NCBI GenBank assembly: GCA_963719035.1
Contig: CAVRAO010000008.1
Location: 32,001-96,000, forward strand
DNA: 64,000 nt
Source of the DNA: Methanobacteriota archaeon
Lineage (GTDB): Archaea > Halobacteriota > Bog-38 > Methanoflorentales > Methanoflorentaceae
Direction of reading: 5' to 3'
In this document: positions 18,754-29,495 of the stretch, piece by piece
Numbering within the stretch: position 1 is the first letter of the stretch
Layout: each line of letters begins with the position of its first letter
Program-made: the position numbers and the translations under genes
The notes under the pieces: model-generated
What the model saw: the letters and a program-made list of their open reading frames with translations, nothing else
Database searches by the model: none
What the model was told of the DNA's origin: nothing

Positions 18754-19584
18754 TTACGATGACCCGACGCAAGCGTGCTGAAGTCTTAAGAATAATTCTT
18801 CAGAGCGCATCTCTAAAACCTCGTGCGCTGAAACGTTGGGAACTTCCAAGATTTGGTAGCCAATAGAGTTAAGAGCTGCCGAAACGAGAACGGTAAGATC
18901 GTCAGAGAACGTGAGCCTTCCGTTGCCCATTGTGGCTCTTGAGATGCCTATCAAACCGTCAGCCACGTGCGGATTTATGTCTTTAGGAAGTCGCAAGGAA
19001 AAATCTCTCACATTTGCCTGAAGTGTCTGAGATGCATCATACGCGATTTTTGCAGCAACCGCTATCGCGCCACATTTCTCTCCGTGATAGTTGAAGCCTT
19101 CTCGCAGGAGCTCGGCGAGCACGTCAGCTCGGGCCATATGACGCATGATGAAAGAAGAGTGAACGTCTCGAGCCCAAAAAATTGCATCCCATCCTGATGA
19201 ATAAGGCTTTATATCCACGATCGGCGATCCATCGATGAGATCGAGTGGTTCGACATAAAGGAGGGGGCCCTTTACTTTAATTAAGCGTGTGGCTGAAAGT
19301 GACAGCGGATTTGGGCGTGTAGGGGAGCGAAGAGAGAAGACGCCGCGCTCCTCGAGCTCGGGGTTTATTTTTCGCGGTCTCACCATCAGTGGCGTTCTTT
19401 GTGCTTTGCTAAACCAGCCGATGACGTTTATATGACTATCGCCTTCTATACCACTAAGCCCTTCTATGAACTCATCAAAAATCTTAATAACTGCCGGAAC
19501 ACCCTGAAGTGGCATGTCCTGCGAGTCCTTCACTGCGGATTGCACGACGCCAATAGGCTTAAGGTTGTATACCAAAAACGCCAC
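18754..19584 (-). CDS. trmO: TrmO/TsaA-like tRNA methyltransferase fused to an FmdE-like domain
   Basis: LKPIGVV, GVFSLRSPTRPNPL, DGSPIVDIKPY; C-terminal YHGEKCG..ADG..ATMGNGRL. Confidence 0.8.
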   Translation of the reverse strand: MAFLVYNLKPIGVVQSAVKDSQDMPLQGVPAVIKIFDEFIEGLSGIEGDSHINVIGWFSKAQRTPLMVRPRKINPELEERGVFSLRSPTRPNPLSLSATRLIKVKGPLLYVEPLDLIDGSPIVDIKPYSSGWDAIFWARDVHSSFIMRHMARADVLAELLREGFNYHGEKCGAIAVAAKIAYDASQTLQANVRDFSLRLPKDINPHVADGLIGISRATMGNGRLTFSDDLTVLVSAALNSIGYQILEVPNVSAHEVLEMRSEELFLRLQHACVGSS

Positions 19585-19637
19585 CTCGCTTCACTAATGC
19601 GATAACAAACTGCAGCCAGTAAGCGATCTGCCCTATG

Positions 19638-20117
19638 CTACTTTGGTAAGTCTTTCGATGTGGATCGGTCGACTAACTTTGTAGTTCTCTGATAACGGCG
19701 AATGAGTTCGTCTAACTCGCCTACCTTTGATTCGTAAAGCGCTTTTTCCCTCATAAGCCTCTTTTCGTGCCGATCTCGAGCATATGCAATGTGCAAGGAG
19801 GCGGTTTCTTCATCGAGTAAAAAAGCAGAGTGAAACTCTCGTATAGTCAGATCAGTATTACCTTGTTTCTCGTAGGCAACCCCCAAGCCGCTGTGCGCAA
19901 TAACGTCATCAGAATCAACCTTTAATGCCTTTTTATAGCAATCTACAGCGCTTTCCAGCTCACCAGCCTCGTCGAACGCGGCCCCTAGCCCTGTCAAAGC
20001 TATGGGATCGTCTGGATCGAGTTTGAGCGCTTCTTGATACATCTGGATCGCTGCCTCGATATCGTCCTTGTTTAGTAAGTCTGTTGCTTGTGATATGTAA
20101 TCGTCGAGTGAACCCAT
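19638..20117 (-). CDS. TPR-repeat protein
   Basis: About three TPR units (YQEALKLDP, LGVAY). Confidence 0.9.
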   Translation of the reverse strand: MGSLDDYISQATDLLNKDDIEAAIQMYQEALKLDPDDPIALTGLGAAFDEAGELESAVDCYKKALKVDSDDVIAHSGLGVAYEKQGNTDLTIREFHSAFLLDEETASLHIAYARDRHEKRLMREKALYESKVGELDELIRRYQRTTKLVDRSTSKDLPK

Positions 20118-20314
20118 GGTGAGAAGTGCCCCTCAGACTTATAAAGCACTTTCGACTAATCTAGCGGGTCCAATCCCCGCTCTAACGGAGCACTCTTCCA
20201 ATGTTGTTGGCAAAAATCCGGCGCAATGACGCTTCAGGCAATCCTGCTCTCGCAGCATCGCATAAATCTCATCTACTTGCGAGCCGATTGTCGCGATTTC
20301 ACAATCGGGACTGT

Positions 20315-22708
20315 TTAATCAAGCTTGTATCTTTTGAGGCGCAGCGAGTTTGCTACGACCGACACTGAGCTCATCGCCATTGCTGCTGCTGCGAACTCAG
20401 GGCGTAAAAATCCGAACGCCGCTATTGGAATGCCTATGGCATTATAAACAAGCGCCCAGCCGAAGTTCTGACGAATCGTTGTCATTGTTTTTCTAGAGAG
20501 CTTAATGCTGGCAATCACGCCACGCAAATCCGCTTGCAGCAGTGTGATGTCCGAAGCTTCAATTGCGACGTCGGTGCCGGTGCCAATTGCGATACCAACG
20601 TCGGCCTGCGCTAGTGCGGCCGCGTCGTTGATGCCGTCACCCACCATCGCCACGACGCTACCACTTTCCATAAAACGTGATACTTCGGCAGCTTTACCCT
20701 GCGGGAGCACTTCGGCGCGCACGCTTTGAATTCCTATCTGCTCGGCAATTGCTCGCGCGGCTGTCTGATTGTCTCCGGTAAGCATCGCCGCGCTAATCCC
20801 CATAAGCTGAAGTTCACGAACGACGCTCGATGCCTCGCCGCGCACAGTGTCAGCAAGAGCGATACCACCAGCTAACACCCCATCTATCGCTAGCAACATA
20901 AGCGTCTTCCCCTCCGCCTCTAGCTCACGTATCTTGGTTTCCTGTGCGATATCAACTCCATACGCGTTCATAAGCGCCCTATTGCCAAGCACCACCTCTG
21001 CGCTGTCAAGTGATGCGACGACTCCCTGTCCAGCGACAGCTTTGAAGTCCCGTGGAGGGCCCGCCGCGATGCCTAGCTCAGCTGCACGTCGCAAGACTGC
21101 TTGAGCGAGCGGATGTTCAGAACCCCACTCTGCGCTTGCAGCTAAGCGTAGAACGTCCTCTTCTGATAGTGACGTATTGCCGAAGACGTCCGTCACCCTG
21201 AGCGTGCCGTTTGTAAGCGTCCCAGTCTTGTCAAAGATGACGGTCTTGATCGCTTCAGAACGCTCAAGATATTCGCCCCCTTTGATGAGAATACCGTTTT
21301 CCGCCCCAAGACCGGTTCCAACCATTACAGCGGTGGGCGTTGCTAGCCCCAACGCACAGGGACAGGCTATAACTAACACTGCGATCGTTGGCAAAAGGGC
21401 GTCATTAAACGGGAGCCCGAGGAGGGTCCACGCCACGAACGTAAAAAGCGCGGCTGCAACCACACTCGGCACGAAATAACTAGCAGCCCGGTCTGCAAAC
21501 CGTTGGATAGGCGCTTTTGATGTTTGCGCCATGTCCACAAGCCGTACGATTTGCGCTAAAGTTGTGTCAGCCCCAACCTTTGTAGCTTTCAGCTTGAGGA
21601 CGCCCTCGCGATTGATCGTTGCACCGATCACTTCGTCGCCGGGCTGTTTGTCGACCGGCATAGCTTCACCTGTAAGCAGGGACTCGTCAACGGCAGAGTG
21701 CCCCTCAGCAACAACGCCGTCAACCGGTATCTTTTCACCCGGCCGAACGAGGACTATGTCACCAACTTGTACCTCATCGGCTGAAATAGCTCGCTCTAGC
21801 CCCTCTGTGACTACGGTCGCGAATTCCGGTTTTAATTGTAGAAGGGTCCTAATTGCTTCCGATGTGCCACCTTTCGCCCGGGCTTCAAGATAGCGGCCGA
21901 GAAGCACGAATGCGAAGATGAAGACCGAGGTGTCGAAATAGGTATCGCCTGCGATAAAAAATGTCGTCGCTGTACTGTATACAAATGCCGCAATTGTGCC
22001 CAAAGAGACAAGAACGTCCATATTCGCGCTGCGGTGTAATACGGAGATGATCGCCCTCTTGTAGAATCCATAGCCGATGATGACCATTACAGGTGTCGTC
22101 ACCACAAACTGAAAAAAAGGATCCATGAAAAACATTGGGATTGAACTAACGTACGGAGCAAGCATGCCAAGTAGCAAGGGTATCCCGAATATTATAGTGA
22201 ATAAGAACTGATTTCGATAAAGTGCGATCTCGCGTTTTCGAGAGGCCTGTTCCCGGTCGAGTCGCGTAGTCTCAGCGCCTATTGTCGGCGCTTCCGCAAC
22301 CTCGTACCCCGTGTTTCGTATCGTTTTTATGAGTGCATTAATAGTAACAATAGACGGATCATAGTCGATGACTGCCTTAGCAGTCACTACATTGATACTC
22401 TGATCGATAACGCCTGGCACTTCTTTAAGGGCATTTTCGATCGCCATGACGCAAGAGGCGCAGACAATACCCACAACTTCAAGTTCTACACGTTGCGAGT
22501 CTACCGTGTAGCCTACATTTCGTATTGCTTGCACGAGTTGTTTGGGGCTAATGGTATCTGGATCATAGCTTATTTTGGCTTGTCCTAGCGCAAAGTTGAC
22601 AGAGACGTCCGTAACCCCACGCTGATCTGAGAGTTGTTTCTCAATCGTGAGTGCGCACATAGTGCACGTCATGCCAAGTATTCTGAAGGTAACATTTCTC
22701 TCTCGCAT
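20315..22708 (-). CDS. copA: Cu(I)-translocating P1B-type ATPase
   Basis: Two HMA CxxC domains, TGE, CPC, DKTGT, SEHP, GDGIND, YN and MxxSS. Confidence 0.97.
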   Translation of the reverse strand: MRERNVTFRILGMTCTMCALTIEKQLSDQRGVTDVSVNFALGQAKISYDPDTISPKQLVQAIRNVGYTVDSQRVELEVVGIVCASCVMAIENALKEVPGVIDQSINVVTAKAVIDYDPSIVTINALIKTIRNTGYEVAEAPTIGAETTRLDREQASRKREIALYRNQFLFTIIFGIPLLLGMLAPYVSSIPMFFMDPFFQFVVTTPVMVIIGYGFYKRAIISVLHRSANMDVLVSLGTIAAFVYSTATTFFIAGDTYFDTSVFIFAFVLLGRYLEARAKGGTSEAIRTLLQLKPEFATVVTEGLERAISADEVQVGDIVLVRPGEKIPVDGVVAEGHSAVDESLLTGEAMPVDKQPGDEVIGATINREGVLKLKATKVGADTTLAQIVRLVDMAQTSKAPIQRFADRAASYFVPSVVAAALFTFVAWTLLGLPFNDALLPTIAVLVIACPCALGLATPTAVMVGTGLGAENGILIKGGEYLERSEAIKTVIFDKTGTLTNGTLRVTDVFGNTSLSEEDVLRLAASAEWGSEHPLAQAVLRRAAELGIAAGPPRDFKAVAGQGVVASLDSAEVVLGNRALMNAYGVDIAQETKIRELEAEGKTLMLLAIDGVLAGGIALADTVRGEASSVVRELQLMGISAAMLTGDNQTAARAIAEQIGIQSVRAEVLPQGKAAEVSRFMESGSVVAMVGDGINDAAALAQADVGIAIGTGTDVAIEASDITLLQADLRGVIASIKLSRKTMTTIRQNFGWALVYNAIGIPIAAFGFLRPEFAAAAMAMSSVSVVANSLRLKRYKLD

Positions 22709-22943
22709 TTCTGCCCCAAGACGTATACACGTATTAGTATGATTTAAAGTGCTTTGAAAATATCTACGCGTTGACTCTCTACTTTATAGCGACAAACTCA
22801 TCTAAACTCCAATAACGCAGATAGCAGCTGGTCGCTGAATATTACTCGCTGTGTAACTCCTTTGGCGCTGCTGATGTCGTGTCCTTGCAGACTGCCTGCG
22901 GTTTTCCTGCGCATGAGGATAGTCCAGGAGATGACATCGGGGA

Positions 22944-23750
22944 TTATCCGCGTGCAAGATTACTCAGAGCAGATGCTATGAGGATAGCATCAGCGAACGA
23001 CGCCCCTGACCGAGATGTATCAACGAACGTGTACGGGATTCCAAAAAAAGGCGCTCCGTGCCCCTTTCCGCCCCCAAGAAATATAAGTGTTCGAAAAATT
23101 AGGTTTCCGGTAATCCCATCTGGAGCCACGAGTATGTTCGATGATTTCACCGCGTCTTCGATAAGTATGTTATAGTTAGTCGCATCGATACCTATGTTCT
23201 GAAGCTGTTTGGTCAGCGCCTCTGCGGATGTTAGCGTTGCATCAACGGCCTCATTCCTACCTTTATCCTCAGATCTGCCGCCTGCTAACACACCAACTGT
23301 TGGGGCCACGCCGAGCGCGCTGAGGAGCTCTACTGTCTTCATAACGAGACGGGTTCGTTCGAGCATCGATATGCCTTCGTCGATACCGACGGGAAGCAAA
23401 AAGAATTGTCGAGCATCAGAGGTTGAGAGCAGTGCAGAGCGGCACATCTGGCCGGCGCCTGTCTGCTGTTTAAGTTCTTGCAGTGTTTTCCGTGCACTGA
23501 TTGTACCTCGAACAGCTGCGTCGATCGTGCCATCGACAAGCATTTCGACGAGTTTGCGCTCAGGCTCTGATGTTAGCACGACCTCTTGTCCCGCTTCGCC
23601 ACTAGTTCCAACTAACACAATATCAGAAAAACGATTCACCTTAGCCACTGCGCGCAATAAGTATGGATTGTAATGCCCCATACCTATTCCGACTCGGCTC
23701 TTCGATCGCGCAGCGAGTCGTGCAAACTCCCTCAGTATATCCTGTCCCAT
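22944..23750 (-). CDS. mtxX: Methanogenesis marker protein 4 / MtxX
   Basis: DAAVRGT, PVGIDEG, GGRSED.GR, APDGITGNLIFR, VDTSR. Confidence 0.9.
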   Translation of the reverse strand: MGQDILREFARLAARSKSRVGIGMGHYNPYLLRAVAKVNRFSDIVLVGTSGEAGQEVVLTSEPERKLVEMLVDGTIDAAVRGTISARKTLQELKQQTGAGQMCRSALLSTSDARQFFLLPVGIDEGISMLERTRLVMKTVELLSALGVAPTVGVLAGGRSEDKGRNEAVDATLTSAEALTKQLQNIGIDATNYNILIEDAVKSSNILVAPDGITGNLIFRTLIFLGGGKGHGAPFFGIPYTFVDTSRSGASFADAILIASALSNLARG

Positions 23751-23916
23751 CGTGACGCTACAACAACCAGTTACTTTCAGTACTATGAAAACGCTGATAG
23801 GCCGATAAATCCTTTTGCATCTTCCAGTGGAGCGCGGCGAAGTAGTGAACTCCGCGTCAAATACGTATATAAGATGAAGCCACAAATCTTGGCTAAATCA
23901 GACAAAAGGTGATGAG

Positions 23917-24366
23917 ATGCGTATCGATGACATAAACAAGAAGATCTTGTACTTGCTCCAAAAAGATGCACGTATGACGTATAAAGACATTGCCAGGGCG
24001 CTCAGCAGATCGGAGTCAACGATACGCGATCGTATCTCTATAATGGAAGACGACGGTGTTATCAAGGGTTATTCGGCCGTCATTAACAAAGAGAGAGTCG
24101 GCCTCAACTGCAACGCCCGGACGTTTGCACGAATCGACCCAAAGAATCTGGACCGTTGTATTAAAGAGCTTCAAAAAATAGAATCGGTGTATCAAATCAA
24201 CCAGATATCCGGTGATCACAACTTAGAGTTCTCTATCGCTGCCACCGACTACGACCATCTTAGGAGTATATTGAAGGAGTACATATCCCCGCTTGGAATA
24301 ACCGATCTAACTATCAACATCATTATGAATTCGGTCAAAGAGGCTGGGCCGATACAAATCCCATAA
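23917..24366 (+). CDS. Lrp/AsnC-family regulator
   Basis: IDDINKKIL..LQKDAR HTH, GVIKGY. Confidence 0.93.
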   Translation: MRIDDINKKILYLLQKDARMTYKDIARALSRSESTIRDRISIMEDDGVIKGYSAVINKERVGLNCNARTFARIDPKNLDRCIKELQKIESVYQINQISGDHNLEFSIAATDYDHLRSILKEYISPLGITDLTINIIMNSVKEAGPIQIP

Positions 24367-24424
24367 ACTAGCAGACAACGTTCCCACTAGAAGTCATCGT
24401 TTGCGCGTTTTTCATTTTCGTTTT

Positions 24425-26173
24425 TTAGTGGGAAGAAGCAGCAAACCCACGCTCAAGCATTTCACGCAAAGTTGCTGCAAGCGAAGCAATCGGTCGTCTT
24501 ATCTGTTTCGTCGTGTCCCTATCTCGTACTGTTACAGTGCCGTTTTCAATGGTTTCATGGTCTATAGTTACTGCAAAAGGCGTTCCAATCTCGTCGTGTC
24601 TCCTGTAACGTCGACCGATCGTCCCGGAATCGTCGTATTCCACCAAAAATCCCTCAGCCCGAAGGAGTTGAAAGACCTCCACTGCCTTTTCGTTCAGCGC
24701 TTTAACTAAGGAGAAGACTGCAACTTCGATAGGAGCTAAGCCTCGGGGCAAACGCAGCACGATTCTTCGCTCCCCATCGATGGTGTCTTCGTCGTAAGCG
24801 TGTTCAAGAGTCGTATACACCGTGCGATCGATGCCAAACGACGGTTCGATTACGTGCGGAGTTATAAAATCGCCTAAGACTGACTGCGTAGCGGTTTCTA
24901 TCACATAGCCAAGGGGGTCAATTTCCTGACCTTCGAATATGAAAGGCCCGCTAGGATCGCTTATCGTCGCGAGATAATCAGCCACCTGCTTGGCTTTATC
25001 TTTATATTTTGGACCAAGGAAGTCCATTTTTGGACGGACGACGGTCCGCTCCACCGATTTAGGCTTCGCATATGGCACAAACACCGTCATCTGGAGCCCG
25101 CTCTGCCTCTCGTGTTGTTTCAGATCATAATCTGTTCGATCAGCGATTCCAGCAAGTTCAATCCAACCGTGTTGCGTAAGTCCCTCAGCGTCCCAGCAGT
25201 CAACCGCGTAGTGTGCCATCTCGTCGGGTAAGTGCTGTCTAAACCGAAGTTGCGATTCATGTACACCAACGCGCAAAAAAAACTCCTGGCTGCGCGCGAC
25301 GTAGTAAGCCAAATATTGATGGGCGATTATACCTCTGTCGCACGCCGCTTTGACTGTAGCCTTACCGACGAAATCCTTTGAGAGGATTTCTATTTCAACG
25401 TCCGCTACTTCATCAAACCGAGGGTGAATGCGCTTTTTGTCTGGGTTAACGAACACTTCGATTTCCGCTTGGGTGAATTCACGCAATCTGATCACGCCTT
25501 GGCGTGGTGATATTTCGTTTCGAAAGGATTTGCCAATCTGCGCGACCCCAAAAGGCAATCTGTCTCTGAAAAACCTCAAAAGCTTCGGAAAATCAGAAAA
25601 GATACCTTGCGCGGTCTCAGGTCGAAGGTATCCCTTTCGCTGGGTTCCAGGCCCTATGTGGGTGGCAAACATCAAGTTGAAGTCATGCACGTCCCCGAGA
25701 GGACCTCCGCAATCCGGGCATGTAATCCCGTAAGAATCAATGAGTTCTTGGGTCTTCTCTCTCGAAGGGACGCACGCTTCGGCAATATCAGGCTCACAGA
25801 GATCCGCAGCTATCCCCCTGCTCCTAAGATACTCATTCGCAACATGATCCGCCCTCAGAGTGTGATGGCAGTCGACACATTCAACGATAAGGTCCACGAA
25901 GTTTGACAAGTGCCCAGAAGCGAGAAACACCTCTTCAACGCTTATCGTTGGTGTGTCAATTGGGAAAGCGCCTTCCCCTACGATAAAAATCTCGCGCCAC
26001 GCGTTTTCGACTTTTTGTTTCAGTAGCGTACCCAATGGACCGTAATCCCACAAACCCGCGACTCCACCGTAAATCTCATATGAGGGCCACAGAAACCCGC
26101 GTCTCTTTGCTAACTCCAATACCCGTTCCTTTAAGTCGTCGACATGATTTTCACGATATTCTTCGTGCTCCAT
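24425..26173 (-). CDS. glyS: Glycine-tRNA ligase
   Basis: LRPETAQG, FRNEISPRQG, EPSFGIDR, IGRRYRRHDEIGTP. Confidence 0.98.
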   Translation of the reverse strand: MEHEEYRENHVDDLKERVLELAKRRGFLWPSYEIYGGVAGLWDYGPLGTLLKQKVENAWREIFIVGEGAFPIDTPTISVEEVFLASGHLSNFVDLIVECVDCHHTLRADHVANEYLRSRGIAADLCEPDIAEACVPSREKTQELIDSYGITCPDCGGPLGDVHDFNLMFATHIGPGTQRKGYLRPETAQGIFSDFPKLLRFFRDRLPFGVAQIGKSFRNEISPRQGVIRLREFTQAEIEVFVNPDKKRIHPRFDEVADVEIEILSKDFVGKATVKAACDRGIIAHQYLAYYVARSQEFFLRVGVHESQLRFRQHLPDEMAHYAVDCWDAEGLTQHGWIELAGIADRTDYDLKQHERQSGLQMTVFVPYAKPKSVERTVVRPKMDFLGPKYKDKAKQVADYLATISDPSGPFIFEGQEIDPLGYVIETATQSVLGDFITPHVIEPSFGIDRTVYTTLEHAYDEDTIDGERRIVLRLPRGLAPIEVAVFSLVKALNEKAVEVFQLLRAEGFLVEYDDSGTIGRRYRRHDEIGTPFAVTIDHETIENGTVTVRDRDTTKQIRRPIASLAATLREMLERGFAASSH

Positions 26174-26272
26174 TACGAACCTCTTGCTCCTAGCTGTATG
26201 AGCTGCAAACCACTTGCTTTAAGAGATCGCGCTTCTTCAGGGCTACGAGCCACACGTATTTCTTATCCCCCA

Positions 26273-26686
26273 TTACCCAATAAAACGCGAGCTGCTCACG
26301 AGACTGTCGATCCCACGGGCGAGCTGAATGATTCGAAGCCCTCGTTCTATGCATTCAAGCTGCACTTGAATTCGGGCTAAGTCCGTTTCTGTGCTCATTT
26401 TAACGGCTAAGTTTGAGATAAACTCGGCTATTGCTTCGTCTAAAAGTAAGCTTTGACGGGCACGTGGTGATTGCGCTGCTTGGGGGGATTGTGTCTCGAC
26501 TACTGGAGCACGTTCTGTTTCTGTGACAGGTGTTTGCGACGCTCTGTATGAACAAACAGGACACGTCACTTTGCCTTCATACTTGAATAACGGAGAGTGA
26601 CAGGTTTCGCAAGGGTCTGCAAGCATTTTGCCACCACGTTCAAGCAACTTTGATATCTGCTCGAGCTCTCGATCGTCTAACGGCAT
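26273..26686 (-). CDS. UPF0148 / SSSCA1-family zinc-ribbon protein
   Basis: LLERGGKMLADPCETCHSPLF...CPVC. Confidence 0.85.
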   Translation of the reverse strand: MPLDDRELEQISKLLERGGKMLADPCETCHSPLFKYEGKVTCPVCSYRASQTPVTETERAPVVETQSPQAAQSPRARQSLLLDEAIAEFISNLAVKMSTETDLARIQVQLECIERGLRIIQLARGIDSLVSSSRFIG

Positions 26687-26791
26687 AGTAATTCTAGATA
26701 GCTATTGTTGTTGAAAAGCTTTATGAAGGGCGCGAAACGGGCTGCCCAAGTAACGCGACCCTCTCGCATGACGGGGCTCCCTTATTCACTT

Positions 26792-27529
26792 TCATGCTAT
26801 AGCAGCACGATTGAAAACCTCGCGAAGGGCCAGAGCGTGTTTGCTTTGCGGATCTAACTTCGAGGCAATCGTGAGGTCGTACAGGCCTTCGCCGATTTGG
26901 TCAAGCGCCAAGAAACATATACTACGCACAATATAAAATGACCCTTTACCCAAACCGGTGGAAATACAGCGATCAACGCAAGTCAAAGCCCCTGTATAGT
27001 CACCTAATGCTATCAGTGAGAGAGCTTTGTTGTTTAACGTCTCAAACAAACCTTCGCGTATCGAATCCACTTTATCAAAGCAATCGATTGCTGCTCCAAA
27101 CTCATCAAGTCTCTGCAAAGCGCAGCCTTTGTTGTTAAGCGACTCAAGATAGAGCGAGTTCAAAGAGCTGGCTTTGTCAAAGCAACTGATAGCGCTACTA
27201 TAGCGCTCTAAAAAATAATTACAGAGACCTTTTTGATTCCAGGCGTGGATGTACCCTGGTTCCAGTCTCAGCACCTCATCAAATCGCGCGAGGCTTTCGA
27301 GATACTTGCCCGATAGAGCTAACGTATAGGCTTGGTTGTAGATCCAACCGACTCGCCTGTCTGCCAGCTTGTTGCTTATGTAGACATGCGGAGTTAACTT
27401 GTGCTTTTTTACGGTGGCAACGCTCGACATAAGAAAGCACGTGTCGCGAGCAATCGTTCTGAAATCAACAGAAAAATATCGTTCGAGGTACTCGTTACCT
27501 TGAATGTCCTTAAGAGGCTTTTTCAGCAT
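26792..27529 (-). CDS. TPR-repeat protein, probably with a disrupted 5' extension
   Basis: AWNQKG, SLNNKG, TLNNKA TPR units. Confidence 0.8.
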   Translation of the reverse strand: MLKKPLKDIQGNEYLERYFSVDFRTIARDTCFLMSSVATVKKHKLTPHVYISNKLADRRVGWIYNQAYTLALSGKYLESLARFDEVLRLEPGYIHAWNQKGLCNYFLERYSSAISCFDKASSLNSLYLESLNNKGCALQRLDEFGAAIDCFDKVDSIREGLFETLNNKALSLIALGDYTGALTCVDRCISTGLGKGSFYIVRSICFLALDQIGEGLYDLTIASKLDPQSKHALALREVFNRAAIA

Positions 27530-27609
27530 TTTGAGTGTCTAACAGAGATCGATTGGGTTTCCATTTTCTGCAGTCTCAAATAACTGTGAAAGGCGCTTAT
27601 CAGACGTAA

Positions 27610-27777
27610 TCACGTTCCGTTTGAAAATATGTCGCTGAAGTCTGAGGTCCAAAAGTCGATACCCAACTTCTTAAAGTCTCTTTCTTTCATTTTATGGACA
27701 GGCACGATCAGCGCAGTGTTCGCGACGTTGCATCCCGTGCATCCATCCTTACACAATATCTTTCTTGAGTTGGTCAC
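27610..27777 (-). CDS. 55-codon Cys-rich ORF, possibly the detached N-terminus of the TPR gene
   Basis: SD AGGAG + GTG; CKDGCTGC motif. Confidence 0.4.
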   Translation of the reverse strand: MTNSRKILCKDGCTGCNVANTALIVPVHKMKERDFKKLGIDFWTSDFSDIFSNGT

Positions 27778-27789
27778 GTCTACTCCTGC

Positions 27790-28188
27790 TTAACTGGTAA
27801 CGTACGGCCGATCACCCACCATAAACATGAGCCAGTTCTTCGGATCTTTCAAACGAATAAGCTCATATACGCCCTCGAGCTTGCTACCGAGGAGGGCCAC
27901 TTTAATCTTATCCTCTTTCTTTTCGAGCAAGTAGTAGTCCCCTGAATCGAATATCTTAACGGTGCCCGCACCGTATTGGCCCTCCGCAATCTCTCCCTCA
28001 AAGCCAATGTAATCCAAGTCGTGATCCTCGACTTGTACAGCGAGGCGCTTAACTTTCCTTACGCGAGGGACTTCTTTTGGAATTGCCCAGCTCTTTAACG
28101 TTCCGTCCATTTCGAGACGAAAGTCATAGTGATGATGCCTAGCGAAATGCTCCTGTACAACAAAACGACTGCGATAATAACGCATCAT
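27790..28188 (-). CDS. Stand-alone LigD 3'-phosphoesterase domain protein
   Basis: FVVQEH, HYDFRLE, SWAIPK, RLAVQVEDH, YGAG. Confidence 0.93.
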   Translation of the reverse strand: MMRYYRSRFVVQEHFARHHHYDFRLEMDGTLKSWAIPKEVPRVRKVKRLAVQVEDHDLDYIGFEGEIAEGQYGAGTVKIFDSGDYYLLEKKEDKIKVALLGSKLEGVYELIRLKDPKNWLMFMVGDRPYVTS

Positions 28189-28439
28189 GGAATCTATGTG
28201 AATAATGCGCAATAAACGCTTGCACACAGCAATTTTGGAGTGCTATGTCGCAGACGCGCGTATCCATTACGCTTATATACCCCATAGAACTTCGAGCCAG
28301 AAATCAACGCACGTCAATGCTACCAACTAATTGATCTAAGGTCATAGAAGCACTGAGTCCTGATAGCCCTATTTTTTGGAAACAGAAAGATATAATAGCG
28401 GACGATGCTAAGGGATGATAAAATGTTGGAAGGTTTAAA

Positions 28440-29348
28440 ATGAAGGTAAACGGCGTAAATATTGACGACACCTACGCAGAGGCATTCCCCGTATACGTAG
28501 CACGCGTCTTGATTACGGGCGCAACCACCGCGCTTGCAGAAACTGCTGCAATCGTTGCGACTGGATTTGCTACTTCAGTTATCGGTTGTAGCGCAGAAGC
28601 AGGAATAGATCGCTATGTACTGCCACACGAAACTCCCGATGGCAGACCAGGCGTCATAATTATGGTTGTTCACCCATCCAAGAAACAGATAAAAAGCAAC
28701 CTCGTTGAAAGGACTGCAGAATGTGTTCTCACCGCCGCTACAACCGCTGTGTTTAACGCGTTGGAATCAGAAGAAACCGTGCAGGTAAAGCTCCACTACT
28801 TTGGAGACGGATACGAATATCAGACCACTGTCGGTGGTCGGAGCGTGTGGGCGATCCCCATTCTTGAAGGGGAGTTCATCTGTGAAGAGACCTATGGCGT
28901 GCAAAAGGGTGTTGCCGGGGGCAACTTCTTTATCTACGGCGAAACGCAAGCTTCGGCGCTCTTGGCCGCTCAAGCTGCAGTTGGAGCAATCAAATCTGTT
29001 GAAGGGACGATAACCCCGTTCCCAGGCGGGATTGTTGCATCTGGGTCTAAAGTAGGTTGTCCAACATACTCGACTTTTATGAAGGCGTCTACCCACCACA
29101 GACTTGCCCCGACGCTCAAAGACAAAATCCCTGATTCATTCGTCCCGGACGGCGTGAAGGCAATTTACGAAATTGTAATTTGTGGCCTTGACGAAGGGGT
29201 TATTGCCGAAGCGATGAAGCGGGGAATGTTTGCGGCGACACACGCAGAAGGAATTAAAGGTATATCAGCCGGGAACTATGGAGGGGAGCTTGGACCGTTT
29301 AAGTTCAACCTTCACCAGATTCTCAGCGATTATGCTGATCCAGAATGA
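28440..29348 (+). CDS. ftr: Formylmethanofuran:H4MPT formyltransferase
   Basis: IDDTYAEAF, ETPDGRPG, GVAGGNF, PFPGGIVASGSKVG, SAGNYGG. Confidence 0.97.
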   Translation: MKVNGVNIDDTYAEAFPVYVARVLITGATTALAETAAIVATGFATSVIGCSAEAGIDRYVLPHETPDGRPGVIIMVVHPSKKQIKSNLVERTAECVLTAATTAVFNALESEETVQVKLHYFGDGYEYQTTVGGRSVWAIPILEGEFICEETYGVQKGVAGGNFFIYGETQASALLAAQAAVGAIKSVEGTITPFPGGIVASGSKVGCPTYSTFMKASTHHRLAPTLKDKIPDSFVPDGVKAIYEIVICGLDEGVIAEAMKRGMFAATHAEGIKGISAGNYGGELGPFKFNLHQILSDYADPE

Positions 29349-29495
29349 TCGCTGCGAGTTCCATTTGTCGATAGCAGCCTGTGAAAGCCACAGTCTGACC
29401 GGTAACCAAAAGAGATATATCCTCCCTTAACTTAAGAAGGATGTGGCCCTACGAGAGCTACGGCTTAGCTTTTAAAGGTAACAGGTGAATTAAAT

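Noticed and set aside
20163-20181. tRNA T-arm-like hairpin AGCGGGTCCAATCCCCGCT
   Set aside because: No acceptor, D or anticodon arms around it
8128-27546. Shared 11-mer TCTGTTAGACA at two disrupted genes (about 8130 and 27540)
   Set aside because: 11-mer matches are common by chance in 64 kb and there is no other element signature
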